The notes under the pieces were generated by a model. The model did not search any database, had not been told where the DNA came from, and saw only the letters and a program-made list of their open reading frames with translations. Below are positions 26,883 to 41,344 of a stretch of 64,000 nt of DNA, one piece after another. The stretch comes from Tubulanus polymorphus (lineage: Eukaryota > Animalia > Nemertea): NCBI RefSeq assembly GCF_964204645.1, contig NC_134029.1, forward strand, positions 16,858,950-16,922,949. The letters run 5' to 3'. The position numbers and the translations under genes were made by a program. Numbering within the stretch: position 1 is the first letter of the stretch; each line of letters opens with the position of its first letter.

Positions 26883-26998
26883 TGCATGTTATCGAGCATT
26901 GATGTAAAATGGCATTGAAATTCCACACCAGGTGTGAGAGCCATGTTGAAGGCACCGCAGCCTCGTCAAAGTCATTGAACATTACAAATTTCGTATTA

Positions 26999-27536
26999 GG
27001 CCATCCCAAAATAATGGTCTGTTTGTCGTCACCTGACCGACCCGACTTCATAGGTACCGAGTGGAAACCTTTTTCTGGGATTCATTGAAATAAATTTTGT
27101 TTTTGACAAAATAGCTTACCCACTGCCGATGTATGCGCTACGTATGTTTGAATTCAAGTGTGCATCGTGTGAAAACGTGGCTCGACTATGGCCTAGTTTA
27201 AGTTTTCCAGGAAACTGGCAGTGTTCCAATAATCTGCCATTCATTTCTTAGTGACTATATTAAAGCTGGTAATGTTATAGCGTGCATATATTCAATCTAC
27301 TGTTTCATTTTGAACCAGAGATGACACTCAGGACGAAGTAAGAATTTTAAAATTTATTCTTGAAATCTAGGATAATTTGACAAATTTCCCTTGCACGACG
27401 CAGATTTGGGATATTGTTTCCACTAAAAGAGGTGATAAATTTGTTGTTTTTTTTGCCCTAAAATTTTGCAGAAAAAACGATTCTAACTACCTACCCACTG
27501 ATCCCAAAAATTTGAGTTGATTAATTTGGGATGGCC
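26999..27536. mobile_element. MITE with GGCCATCCCAAA TIR, TA-flanked (possibly Zator- or Harbinger-type)
   Basis: TAGGCCATCCCAAAATAAT...TTAATTTGGGATGGCCTA. Confidence 0.65.
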
Positions 27537-29900
27537 TAATATCCAAATCTTGATTGATATATTTAAGCTAGGAAAAGCTGGTAATCATTGTGATAAACGG
27601 GTTTCATCTCTAACAGAATCGTTTCAACTTAGCGGTTCAACTGAAAAATAAATCGAAATTTCACCTCTTTACCTCTTAGCGAGCCTATGTCAACGGTCTG
27701 GCCGATCGATAATCATTCGTATGCTTGATACACTACGCTCAAAGCTATTTTTAGCACACTCAAACGCAATTTCAGTAGCCTGTAATTTCACTACTAATGG
27801 GCGAATTGAATGGATTAAGCAAAAATATATTTCATCATTTGTTTTTCTTTATGGTGCGCAAAGTTGAAAGCCGTTATTGTTTGAGAAATAACCAAAAAGT
27901 GTCAAAAATTCGATTTATTTGAGCACATTTTTTTATGCAGCATCTTTAATTGTCCAAAATAACACATTTGAAAATTCAATGCTATTTGTGTCGGAAGAAC
28001 TTTATCTCGTCAAGATCCGATGCTTTGTTCAGTAGTTATGGGCTTTCAAAGACGAAACCCCCCCCCCCAAAATCTTGGTTATATATAATTTGTGTTGACC
28101 CGGTTTGAACTCCATCATGACATCATAGCATTCGATGAATTTGTAAATGAGGTGGATCAGCAGGTGCTAAACAAAATGACGGCACAATTGAATAGGTTGA
28201 TAGTCATCATTTCTAGCGCGAATACTGAAACTCAAGGTGTATGATATAACGATTTATTACGTGCGATGTGTTCAATGATTCATCTAGTTTTGAAATCCCG
28301 TCCATAAGGTAACGTTGCATCAAGATATCTGACGAAATTCTGGGTTCAATTTGTGGTTACTTCCGTGTTCGCCACACGGCTGATTCACTGATGATACTGA
28401 TCAGCTGATAGCATCAAATTTTTTAAGATGAGTCTGATATATTTAAACGACTGGAATAATTGTTTTATCATCATTTATCGTCATTTTATTGACATTCGCA
28501 TTAACGATCCATTTTGGAGCCTGATTATTTGTATTAGTTTGTTAATCGCGGCATAGTGATGAGCGTTCGCGTTGAAACAGTCGTGTACAGTCGCGTAGGC
28601 AATATTGCCTTATACTCTCGTGGTCACTGCGTGTATGTGTCAGTTATAGATAACGCGCGCCAAGGCGCAGGTCGCGCGTTACAACGGTTCTGAGTGAAGA
28701 TGTAAGCTTGCCTGCCTACTTAAATCAATAAAAACCATGTCAGTCGATAAACTTTATTTCGCCAGTTACCGGCACTGGCCTCAAATTTGCATAGACTTGG
28801 GAGCTTCTGTCCTAATTGAGCTGTATGATAATGAAAAACCTCCGATGAATCCCAGGCTCTCACTTGGCCGGGTCACTCATAGTTTTAGTTGTTTTATATG
28901 TCATTCTATGAATGTATTAGAATTATGAATATTAATTTGTTGAGACAAAAATTCCCAAAATCAATTTTTCGAAGATTTCATTCTCGTTAAAAAGTCAGTT
29001 ATCACTGACCAAAATTAAGTCCTTTTTGATATATATTTCTTATTTAATTTTCAATGAAATGAATTTTTTCGTACTACATGTAGTAGCCTATATGTGACAA
29101 ATTTTTTACTTCACACTATGGTTCACCATTGGTCCTCTATTTAACATTTTTATACGAACCTGTTAAAAATAGGCAAATTGGCTGCGACGATCGAAAATTG
29201 CATCCAACGTGCCTGAAAAGATAGCTTGAAAATGGTATAAATCTAGCTTGAAATGGCTTGAATTTCACCTGAGCTTGAGACAATTAACCCTGTTATCAAC
29301 ATTCCTGAGATGGCATAGGCATATACCTCATAAATTTCAAAAGATCTGAATTCCATGGCCAGTAAATGTTTGCACTTCTAGGCAAAAAAGCCACCAAAAT
29401 AAATAGATTTGAAAAAGATAAAATCACACTATAGTACTCTGCAAGCCCCTAACCGGACTCTTATGTCTATAAACTTTAACAAAAAAATTACTTACATAAA
29501 CACAAAACATTAATTGCAAGTTACTGAATGTTTCACCAAGAACCTAAGTGTCTGACACTAGAATCGTGAAGCGAAGATCAATTTGGAAACAACAATAGTA
29601 TGATGATACATGCAGTTCACTGCAAAATGTGATGATTGTTTATGATAGCAGAAGTTGGTCTCTATGGATCGGTATAAATGACAGAGATAATGATGCTATT
29701 TACCGCTTATCCTGCATCACTACCCAGGGAATGTGCGCTAATGCGTAGATGTTACTGCATACGATTCATGATTTTCAGTTGCTGGATTACCGCTTACGAG
29801 TCATATTCAACACTGATCTCCATTTTCCCGGCCCCCTGGGGCTGCGCATTTCACTGACTGGTGCATTGTTTCATGAATTATGTTGATCTTGCGACTTGGT

Positions 29901-31312
29901 TTTTAAGCCCACTTGGGACTTTAGTCCCAGCGGGCTATTGCGTTCACTTTTCCGCCGTCCATTCGTCCGTCCGTAGACGGAATCCAGTTATTTTGGGAAG
30001 CCTTGAAGACAAGGTAATGTCATGATATTTGGTTCATACATGTTTCTACCCTAGACACATCTTCAGCCCAAAAACTGGCCCAGTCAGATTCAAGATGGCC
30101 GACTGGCAGCCATTGTTGTTCGCCAAAATCAGCACTTTGTACACATTTTTGAACTTTCTGAGGGAAATTTTGAAGACGATTAAATCAATAACCTTGATCT
30201 TTCATATATGTTTGAATCCCCAAAGGACCCATCACCATGAGAAAAATTGGGTCGACTGGACTCAAGATGGCCATCCTATGACCTTTTTAGTGCCAAAAAA
30301 TGTAAATTTTGGCCCGAACTCTGAGTCCTGTAGCTTCCTACTGGTTTGCCATTTGTCATTACAATTTGTGATGGGTATTCTTTGAAAAGGGATCTTTTAT
30401 ACCAGAGACAATTCAATTCAATTCAATAAACTCTTGTATAAGACATGTATTTTTGGTCCGGCAATTATGACACAATTGGCGGCCATCTCGGTGTCATCAG
30501 TACTCATTCGTAGGTGGAAAAAAGTTTTCCCACATTATATTTATACTCAAGCATATTTTGTTACAACAATACATTGTAGCTCTTGACATGTTCTATGATT
30601 GTGCTGAGTTTCAAGCCCATTGGTTTTTGTATATGGCCACCAGGGGGCATTGAACATTGCAATAACTTAGTATTTCTATATTAGATTCGTATCTATGCAT
30701 ATTTTGCTACCATTCATGACATGGTCTATGATTGTGGTAAGTTTCAAGGTCATTGGTATTTGTATATGGCGTTGAACATTGCAGTAACTTAGTATTTTCA
30801 TATTGTATTTGTACCTATGCATATGTTATTACTACAATCAATTGGAAAGTTGTAGCTCATGACATGGTCTTTAATTGTGGAGAGTTTCAAGGACATAAAT
30901 TATTCTATATGGTCACTAGGGGGCGTTGAATAGTAGAATAACCTAGTATTTCCTTATTATATTGGTACCTAGGCATATTTTGTTACCCTGATCAATTGCG
31001 AAGTTGTAGCTGCTGACATGTTCTATGATTATAGTGAGTTTCAATGTCATTGGGCTTCGCATATGGTCACCAGGGGGCGTTGAATAGTAGAATAACTTAG
31101 TATTTCCATATCATATTGGTACCTAGGCATATGTTGTTACCACAATCAATTACAAAATTGTAGCTGCTGACATGTGCTATGATTGTGGTGAGTTTCAAGT
31201 TCATTGGATTTTTTCAGGGTCATTTGATGGGGCATTGAATATTGAGATTGTTAGATTGTTGAGGATCTGAAACCATTTCTCAAGTGGGCATGGTGTCCCT
31301 GGACCCCTAGTT
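29901..31312 (+). mobile_element. Complete HINE of the 154-bp-repeat family
   Basis: T-run, subTIR GCCCACTTGGG with adjacent inverted copy, (GTCC)n, ~154-bp tandem units, and 3' CAAGTGGGC...GGACCCCTAG-TT. Confidence 0.85.
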
Positions 31313-31547
31313 TTCAAAATAATTTTCTGTGACTTTATTTTTTTCAAATCACTGGGCTAATTACTGGAAGGCACTTGCAGATACATGTATGTATTAACTC
31401 TGTAGCATCAGTCCATGGGAAGCATGTTGAAAACTCTCCAAACACTTGATAAACAGAGCTTGATCTCGGGATATAAAATCTGAGGCTATGATACTCAGGT
31501 GTTAACCTATGGGAAAAGGTGGCCTGGGTTTAACAATCAAGGAGCAC

Positions 31548-32120
31548 TAGCCCACTTGGAACTTTAGTTCCAGTGGGCTATTGCGTTCTCTTTTCGTCCG
31601 TCGTCAGTCCATGGACAGAATCCAGTAATTTTGGGAAGATTTGAAGAGGATAATGTCAAGGTATTAACTTATAGTCTTGATATTTGATTTTCATTAGCAC
31701 TGGCACAGGATACATCTCACATGGGTTTGGGATCACCTGATTCTTTCTTCTTGCCACCAGGTAGAGATAAGTATTATATGATATACAATTTGTCAATTCA
31801 TTTTGGCAACTATGCGTATTTTTAACCATAATCAATTGCAAAGTTATAGCTCATGTCATGTTCTATAATTGTGTTGAGTTCCAAGGTAATAGTTGAATAG
31901 TACAATAACTTAGTATTGCCACATTATATTGGTACTTAGGGATATTTTGTTTCATCAATCAGTTGCAAAATTGTAGCTCATGATATTTTCTATGATTGTG
32001 GTGAGTTTCAAGATCATTGGGTTTTGTGTATGGTCACCAGGGAGCATTGAATATAGAATTTTTAGATTGTTGAGCATTTGAAACCATATCCCAGTGGGCA
32101 TGATGTCCCTGGACCCCTGC
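31548..32120 (+). mobile_element. Older, internally deleted copy of the same HINE family
   Basis: TAGCCCACTTGGAACTTTAGTTCCAGTGGGCTA start and CCCAGTGGGCATGATGTCCCTGGACCCC end. Confidence 0.75.
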
Positions 32121-33173
32121 TTATTCACCCTATAGTTCTTACTGCTACCTCAGTACCGTACAGCGTTTCCCAAAAACTTTGCCGAGTACAGAATTTTTCT
32201 GGCGATTCAGGCACATAATGATCCAATAGTAGCTCGTGACAAAGACAAGGAGATAATAAAAGGAAATATATAGTAAGATATTTCAGGGAATTCTCAACGA
32301 TTACATCGATATATATCATCATATATTATAATCAACCAAATGCATGAATGCTGCATAAGATCGTCTACACTAGATGCTTCATTACCGTATTTCTCCAAGG
32401 TCTATCAGGCTCAAACTGCCCAGATCATATAAAAACCCAGGAATGAAATAAAGATTTAGAAGAATTATCATTAAAAAAGTGGCAGAAAAATAGTTTTGTA
32501 AAAAATAAAGTCGATGCCAGTCGCAATGAGTCGCACATGTTCTACTTTCTGCGACGCGACGTGACTTGCAACGACCTACGCACTCTTGCGACTGGGAGCA
32601 ACGCAACGCGATTCGAACACACAATGGTAATGAGATGCGTTTTCAAATAATTTTTTTGGAAGGCTTCATAAAATTTCTTATCGAGAATTTTAACTCATCC
32701 ATTTATATTCATATTGCTTCGACCATAAAGACCAGTATTTTAGCTCTAACTCAAGGCTATTAGTAAACAGCCTATCAATTATGGATTGCAACTGGTTGGT
32801 GGGGATAGAATTTGCAGAAGAAAGCAACATGACAGTTTATTTGTTCGTTCCGAGTGTTAGAACCAACTTTTCCCGTGTAGTAGCCAGGAATTCGAAATTT
32901 TCGATCTTTGCCAGTTTTAGTTACCATGTGACAACCAGAATGGCGGGTCACGTTGCTTCAACCTACGTGCCCTTGCAACTGGCAGAAACTAGTTGCACAC
33001 CGTCGTTGATAATCGCGTCGCAACCGACTTGCGACGCAACGTGATGATCACGTCACATCGCAGGGCCGACCTACACCTGGCTTTAGACACTTCTGTAGAA
33101 GTGTCATTTTACCAATTCTGTTTGAACTCTTGCTTCTGCTATAGAAAAATTATTTTGTTATTTCACATTACAG

Positions 33174-33263
33174 TTTCAAGATACTCGGCCTTTAACATCG
33201 TCGCAATTAAATAATGGTATTTATACGACTGGAGATTTGATAAATAATTTACAGTTCTCCCAG
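33174..33263 (+). CDS. CRTC: CRTC candidate duplicated/alternative exon (FQDTRPLTSSQLNNGIYTTGDLINNLQFSQ)
   Basis: ttacag acceptor, strong CAG|GTAAGT donor; 90 nt, phase 0/0. Peptide is paralogous to exon 25315-25494. Confidence 0.75.
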
Positions 33264-35968
33264 GTAAGTTAGCATACATCGGGTTATTACATCCATCCAT
33301 TGGTCTGTCCATGGCCATTTATGGTAGCCAAATTGACATTACATGTATTTTACATCTGAAATTTTCACAGTGAAGACACATTGATGAATTCTTCTTGAAA
33401 TCCCAATTAATCCATCACTGCAAGAGAAATTCAGTTTGTTAATTTCAAGACGGCTTTCAAGTGGGCTAAAGCCCACTTTTGTCAATTGGGCATTCATTTA
33501 TAGCTGGATTCTATCTACTTATGCTGTTGAGCAACAGTATACAATAAACAACTTTGATAATATCTAAGCCCAGCCATCAGCTGGCAGCGACTACATTGAC
33601 TATCTATGTTTTAAGTTTTTTGCAGCTTGACTATTATGTCAATAGAAATAAGTATATTAAGGAAAACCAATTTTTCAATACAAAAAAGTAAAACCGTCGA
33701 CCTTGCTTTAATCGTCAGCGTGTAATTCGTCATTTTTCTTCAAGAACGGATAAACGCTTCATTATTTCCTTAATGTTTCGGTCATTAATTTGTCATTTAT
33801 AGGTCGTTATTTTGCTTCAAACGTTACTATTTTGCCGATGCGTTAGTATTGTTTATATGTAAAATGGCATCGGTTAAACAGTGATTGCACAGAGGATTAC
33901 TATAAAACAACAGGTGCAGCACTGTTTATTTATCAAACCATTCGGTCTCGATCGCCAGACAGTCGTGGTTTCATAGCACGCATAACTACAAAAAAAATTG
34001 CTGCATACTTGTATGTCAACTCCCTCATCACACGTGCACATCTTTTCATAGTAATAGAGCCCTCGTAGAGTGATCAACAAAATAGTACTAAACTGTTTTT
34101 TAGATTCAGCGCAGCTGAATCTATTACTATTAAACGGAGTCTTGAATTCGTGTTGACCGCTATCTCCTCCTGAGTGTGAAATGATTCACGGGCTAAGGTC
34201 TGCATTAAGTTGGCTGTTATAATGGCAGCTAAGTGGCGACTGCTTTTGAAGGCTATTGATAAAGCCTAAATTGGGTAAATTGGCAATTTTATGCCGTTTT
34301 TGGGGATTTTTAGCGATGTAGTGTGATGTCATCTTGATCTACTAACGTTAACACATGAGCGGAATTGTACCAAATTTGCTGTCGAATTTACAAGTATGCT
34401 TTTTATATATCACTGATACAACATATATCATTCTTCAATTACTCGTTATGATCCTGCCTCTGCGTGGGATTCGTCTTGTTGAGCTTCTTTTATGCATTAC
34501 TACTTGACGCTAAGGTGGTTGATAAGGCGGGTACGTAGCAGGGTGGCCGCGATCCGCTCGGTTTCTCATACGGCGTGGTTTGAGTTCAATGCCGTTAGAA
34601 TGATACTACAGGGGAACGAGGACTGTCGCTTTTATCCAGCGAACAAACATCGCTCACACGTACATATCGTTCATATCGAACTGATCCACTGTAGTTTGAG
34701 AATAGATAGAGAATTCATTAGAATGTCTAACTTGTTACTAACCCGACCACATAGAAAGAATCTTTTTAGTATCATCGATCATGGTTTAAAAAAGTAATGT
34801 ACAGGGTAGATAGGTGGCCGACTTTTAAGCTCAGCAATGAGTGGAGAGACAAGGTATCAATTTTTTTGCCTCAGGTCTTGACTTTGAATCCTGAAAATCC
34901 TGACGGAGTTTGTATGGAACTTAGAATACTTTCTCATCTCCCGATACAGTTAGATTTGATTTCAGCTTCAGCAACAAAAATATTAATATGACATCTGAGA
35001 TCTTTTCGATTTAACGAAACCTTATAATTTATTAGGAGGCTTATAATCTCTAATGATTACATGTATTTCATTTCAAAATCTGTTAGGCCTACTTAAAATG
35101 TGTTACGTATTTACCTTCTCTTCCTTGTATAAACAACTGTTTGTCATTTAAAATCTAATTAACTTATGTGTCAAGTATAAGCTGATAGAGCACCTTACTA
35201 AACCAATGTATGGTCTAGTATGGTGGATATGATTAACTCCTTCAATTTACTAAATTCTGCGCTGAATCTAAACAGTGCCCATGGGCAGCTTATTTAAGAT
35301 TTTGCTTAGAAAAGTGAGAAATTCCCTGAAAGGAATCCGTCCATGAAATAACTCAATCGTGGACAGTGAACAGTTGACAGCCTTCATCAATGTGACTTCA
35401 ACTCAACGAGCAGCCTTGTTACAAACGTATATGCACCAATTTTCATTTTGACATCATTGGGTTACGCATGTAAATTGCCTGGCCCATCAGATACATCCCA
35501 TGATTACACGGGTTCTTTGAATAAACAAAGACTGGTGATACGAATCAGAAAGTAAAAAGGCACTTAATTCGTCAATCGGATAAATCTTCATTTTTAGCTG
35601 GTCCCTAATATGCCGATTAAAGCGAGGTCCACTGTATTAGACATGCCATTTAGTGGTGTGCAGGCGTGTTGGAAGCAATTTTTGATTGCCGAGGCCAATT
35701 GCCGATTTTTGAGAGGTTCCAATATTGCTGCGGCGAATTTACAATTTTGTCAAGAACATGTGAAAGAAACAGACGTCATTCAGCAATAACGCCAAGCATG
35801 TCTAATTGACTATGCGCCTCTCAGATTGACTCTTTGGCTTAGTTTTTGTGATACCTTTCATTGATGATTGATGATTATCAATTGAATCAAGTATTAATTT
35901 ACACTCTAATGGCTAAGAATAGGATTTCAGGGAGTCAAAATGAAATGCTATTTTGTTTCTTTTTCCAG

Positions 35969-36206
35969 GATGATTCATCTATATATAGCAGTACATTGAA
36001 TAACCTGAACAATGTACCGTTATCACAGGCTAATTTACAAGGTTTAGCCAGTAATCAACAGGATTTCCAACCTTACTATCAACAACCTAGTGGAGTAGGC
36101 ACTGGCAATCAATTATCACCTCAACTATCTCCACAACCACAACAACCAACGACAAATTCTCAAGTACAAACTCCTACAAGTAAGATCCCTGATATAGTGT
36201 TGACAG
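35969..36206 (+). CDS. CRTC: CRTC penultimate exon (DDSSIYSS...TPTSKIPDIVLT); may extend to 36248
   Basis: Strong acceptor ttctttttccag; conserved IPxIxLT motif. Donors ACAG|GCGAGT (36207) and ACAG|GTACGT (36249) are both phase 1. Confidence 0.88.
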
Positions 36207-37027
36207 GCGAGTTTCAGCACTCTACTCTACTCAGTCAACTATTTACAGGTACGTAGCTATTTTGAATCCAATGCACTAAACTGCTTTTTGGTTACAGTGG
36301 TTTTTCATGACCCTTCAATTGCCGTTTTTCTATAATATAATGGGAGTGGCAGAAAATAAATATTGTGTCATTAAAACCTTCTTTGCTAAATTTCCCATAT
36401 AATCTTTAGTTTGTTTGCACTGCATAGCCTTGATAATCTATCTATGAATACAACTCACCCGAGCATATTATATGGTCCCACTTAATTCCAGATGGAAATT
36501 TCTGATAAAATTTGAAAATTGACTTAGTAATGTAGTTTGGCTTTTATTACAAAATGTTTCATGAGTCAATTGCTATATTGCCCACAATGCGCACTTTTTG
36601 TGCTTAAAATCAATTTAGATTGCAGATAGGGCCTTTCTATTTAATTGCATTCAGTAGAGTTATTAAGATGAATCATCTAGAAATTGTTTTCTAGTGAAAT
36701 AAAGTCTCTGTTGATAAAATTGATAGATTTTCGATCCTCTGATTCAGATTGGCTCTTGGTTATTAGGCCTACGTCATTTGCGTGGAGTATCGAGTGCGAT
36801 ATGCCGTGTTGATACCAACTAGCCATGTGTTGGGATTGTGATGCAATTGGTTTTGAATACAATCAGAAAATAGAGGTTCAGCATAAGTTCATGCAACTGC
36901 GTAGTAAAACTAATGCAGAAAACCTGTTATCCCTGCTTTGCAGCCAAATTGTATTGATCGTTTGTGGAACTATTGAGATTTGATATTGAGAATGACGTAG
37001 TATAAGGGGTTTGTTGATCATTTTTAG

Positions 37028-37224
37028 GAGCAGACGATTTATCAAGACAAGATTTGAAGGATTTTCCAACGGGAGTCTTAACAGACAGTTTCGATGCCGA
37101 TTTATTCTCAGCAGATGAAGCATTAAAAGTCGGTTTAGATCCGTTAGATTTAGAAATGTTGACCGATCCGAGCATTATTGCCGATCCCGCTACCGAGGAT
37201 AGTTTCCGGTTAGATCGGCTGTGA
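37028..37224 (+). CDS. CRTC: CRTC last coding exon, acidic transactivation domain (..DEALKVGLDPLDLEMLTDPSIIADPATEDSFRLDRL*)
   Basis: Diagnostic C-terminus DPATEDSFRLDRL-stop; tttttag acceptor; phase 1. Confidence 0.96.
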
Positions 37225-40200
37225 AATCGTCGTGGCAACGACGGATATCATAGATTTTTAAAATCGCATTTTTCTTACAAAAATTTGTCTCAAACCAGAA
37301 TTAGCATTGCAGACGTGAGATGCAGGGAATGCGAATCTTTAGGAACGATTTGACGCACAAATGGAGATCGCGTCAAGTAAACTGGCAGCTATCCGGGTCA
37401 CGAAAAAATCATCATGACATTGTATCATATCTGTATAACCAGTCTGGACATGTTAAAGTCCGGTGGTGCTTTAATGCTTTAATGATCAAATCTTCAATGT
37501 GAGAGTAATACAACATCAAGGTCAGAATTTGTGTAATGAGAAGTTTTTTCTTCAAACGAAATTCATGTGCTAAAATGTATGAAACTGTATAAATGGAATA
37601 TTGTGCTTTGGTTTCATTGGCTCTTTCTTGCTTTCAATTTTTTTTCTGTAAAAGCAACTCATTATCCTATCAAGGAAAATGTGTGCAGTGTTACTATAAA
37701 GCTGTCACCAGATCTTTGATAAATTTTTTGTAATTGACCCCAGAAATGCGATAGATAAATTCATTCATCTTAACAATCATAGTTTTGAGGACATCTGTTT
37801 CTTATATACACATTGTTTTAACTTACAACTACGTATATTTTTTTCAATAGCCCTTTAGCTAGCTGCTAATATTTTATCATTTTATGATATAAGAAGCTCT
37901 ACTAATGGGTGAATATCTATACATTTGACGCAGTTCACCCATAGTAATTATTGGTTGTCTCAGTTAAAAAAAACTCTGTGCGCAATGTCTCAGTAATTGA
38001 TGTGGCTTACACCAATTACCAGGGCTGTACCTAGCTGAGGGGAAGGGGATAGTTGCCCCCCAGAAAATTTGAAAGGTGCGGCCCTGTTTACTGGCAGGTT
38101 CCAGCATACTACTGAGCAGAAAAGTTTCTTGATGATAAACAACCTTGATTATGTCAGTAAATTTTGAATTATTAAGATATATACAAAAATAAATGCAACA
38201 GTTGCTATAAATGGGGATGTGGCTTTTTATTCATCCAGGATTCGAAATTATTTAGTCTTCACAGTGTTTACAAAATCATAAGAAAACATGTTTACAAGAT
38301 GAAAATTCCTTGTGTGTGATTGATCCACTATCTACAGACATATGTAGTTATCACTAGCCTGAAAACATCCCTTCAAACATTCACCGCTGCAGTGTAAACT
38401 TTTGATAGAATATCCTAATGCAATGTTCTCCATATGCTGGGCCTTAGGAGGGGCTGCATTCATTCTTAACCTCCCTTGAAAACTTCTCGTGGAGAGCGTT
38501 ATAAATTTAGGTCATTTGTAAGTTCACTTTCAATAAAAGATATCTAAGTTGATATTTGGACAATCAAAAATTGAAAGAGTGGTAATGAAATATTACATAT
38601 ATGAGTTGAAGGGTCCTGCTTGCATTAAGTACCCGTTGTTTCCTGAAATAACATATTTGAAATGCTCAAACGCACAAAGATCATATCTGGAAACTCAAGT
38701 TTTTAAAAAAGACTTCTATTCCTCGTGCTCATTAAACTCCTAGATTAATCTGGAGCAAGAGTAATTTGTACTTTGTGTCTGTCAAGCAATTGTTGAATAA
38801 GGTTTTTGCTAAAAATTGTCATAGGCATAGGAACACATATCAGATTTGGGGGCCAACATGCAATGGTTTCTTCACTGCACGTCAAATAACACTTATTTTT
38901 TCCTTACGTGTAGTAAAACGAGTAACAGTTTTTAAATGTTATAGATTTTAGGCCTGTAGGGTGAGGAATATGTGGATGGGTTTCGTTTTAACTTTTTGGT
39001 ATCTGGCCCCTCAGAAAATTGTGATGCTCAGCTGATATGGCCTCTTAGCAATTTCTGTTGATATATCGAAAGTCTAGGAAAATGAACAAATTCAAAATAC
39101 ATGCATAAATTATGTTGTAATAGTTTTGTTTGGTCACTAATTAATCAACCAATATTGTGACACCTGACCATAGGCTACCTGTCTTCGCTTACCAATATTT
39201 CGAAATTAAATCAAACACCCCATGCTACCGGCCTATATTTGATAGCCAGCAATAAGCAATACCAACAAAATAGGTAACCAATATGCCACTTCGGAATATG
39301 TCATGTCTAATCTTAGAATTACTGTCTATGAATATACATTATTATTGTCGTTAAGGTGCTCTTTTGAACAGTTGCTTTAGAACGAAACATCTTGCCTCTG
39401 ACTAAACGGCCAAAATATATGATATATGTTGGCTGTTTTGCATTTTGAAAATCGGGGGAGGCCAGGCAAGTTTCCCTGACCTCATATTCCGATGCCTATG
39501 ATTGTTTTTAGCGATTTTTCACTTGTAGGAAATAATCGAGTTACTGGTATAATTAACATTGTGAGCATTCATTCCTTTCTAGTCAGTGTGTAAGTTAATG
39601 TGTATATGTTTATCTTTTTTATTAGAAGTAATAGTTAATTTTTTCTGGCTCTCAATCAATGTAAATAATGATTGATGTCGTTTATTTTTAAGGATGGTCG
39701 GTGTACAGATACAACCTTGAAAACAATCTCATTCGCTAATCTGTTCAATCACAGCATCCGTAATGTACTCGTTAAACATAAAAATCCCACTATCATGTTT
39801 ACCCTAAGTCAAATTGAGGAATTTTTACATTTATATCATTTGATAGGAGAGAAAATTAGGTTTCAAATTAATATTTTGTTATTTCATGCTATTTTTAAAA
39901 AAATTCTGAACTCATCGATTGAAAACTCATCCTTTTGAAAATTTGCTCTGAAAATGCAGGCCTTCGGTTTAAGCCCTGTCAGAATTGATTGCTGAGGACA
40001 ATGGTCAGGAATTATCTATTGCTTTAGACTGTCAAATGTTGCTAAATGCAGTGTATTTGTAACAACAATCGGCAATTCTGGAATTGAATGACAAAGTGTA
40101 GACAGGGCACGGCTTAAACGTACCAACATTTCTGTGAATGTGACATGATGCCTCAGTGGTACATAGTTTAATGGTTTGTCTTCCACCATTGAGCAGTTTA

Positions 40201-41344
40201 TGTTTTTATGATACAGTTCACCTTTGAATTTGAAATATGTTAAAATGAACTTATCTTTACCCCTGGGTGAATTTCAGCTAATCTCATCTCATAAAAGGTT
40301 AGCTGAAGGGACACTCATAGGGGTCTGTTGTTAAGTTTCAATGAATAAATAAATACATTCCTGTTAAGATATCCATGTTTAGTACCGATTATATGAAGGG
40401 ATATTACACCCTTCAAATTCTCTGATCACTTAATGATTATATCAGGATTAAGTTCTACTATTATCGTCATTGTCAGTCTTTGCCAATTACTGGAACTGGT
40501 TGCTTAGCATAACAGGTTCTGTATAGATCTTGGTTTTACTTATGCTGGTGTTGTGACATCAGTTAAAAGTTACCGTATTTGCATTTTTCAAAGCGATCAT
40601 CATTGAGTAAATGTTTGACTTATATTTCTAAGTAAAGAGAATGTTCATATGAAAACTGTGTAAAATAATGAAAAAACATAACTGTAATAATGATTTATTT
40701 TCTAATTGAATTAGCGCAATGTACATGATGCCCCCTAGTGGCTGTGTAATGAAACTAGATGTGATGATGATTAAATTATTGTGTTGTAATTTGTTACCTG
40801 GATTTTATACTTTTAAACCTGTAACTGTTTCTGCCCTCTCTGAGTTGACATTAAACCTGAGCCTACAGACGCCTCCCACTGAAAATTAAGTATGGCTCAA
40901 CATTTTTGGCCCACATGTGTCCAGCAGGGTTTTGCATTTACTTTTCATATGTTGTGTTCTTTGGGAACTTCTCAACTAGCTTAGATAGTTAGTCTTGATA
41001 TATGGTTTATACCTGCATCTTCGCTCGCCTCATCACTGTTTCAGGAATGCCTGATTATGGGAGTAAAGATTGTGCCAGTATATCGGGGTGTCACTTTAAG
41101 TTCACAAGCCTCTCAACCGAGGCCTCCCTCATAAGTATGGTATCTTGATTAGTATTACTGGTGAGTAAAATATCAGAGAAACATGACAACCGATTTAAAA
41201 CTCGGTATATTAAACGAGAAAGAAATTCCTTCACGATTTCAGCTGTAATTTTCACATGTTCACAGTCCATTGATTTGAGTAAACTGGTTTCACTAATTAA
41301 AGCTAGGCATGAATCATGTGAGCATTAATGATAGATTGTTTTCT

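Larger units (their letters stand above)
26225..29292. mobile_element. Non-autonomous hAT-like element (CAGGGTT...AACCCTG, 5-bp TSD TTATC) with nested MITEs
   Basis: TTATC at 26220-26224 and 29293-29297; subterminal GCTTGAAA repeats at both ends. Confidence 0.75.

Noticed and set aside
29540-29760. C-type-lectin-like peptide SLWIGINDRDNDAIYR
   Set aside because: Short and surrounded by stops and frameshifts, with no convincing exon structure; at most a decayed fragment.
30029-30385. 118-aa ORF, with relatives at 43931-44381
   Set aside because: Lies in the non-coding body of the HINE; the frame is not preserved between copies.
32500-33085. CG-rich segments (also ~555-950, ~2310-2620, ~60490-60700) resembling Harbinger-type MITEs
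   Set aside because: Probably real repeats, but I could not define TIRs or TSDs by eye.
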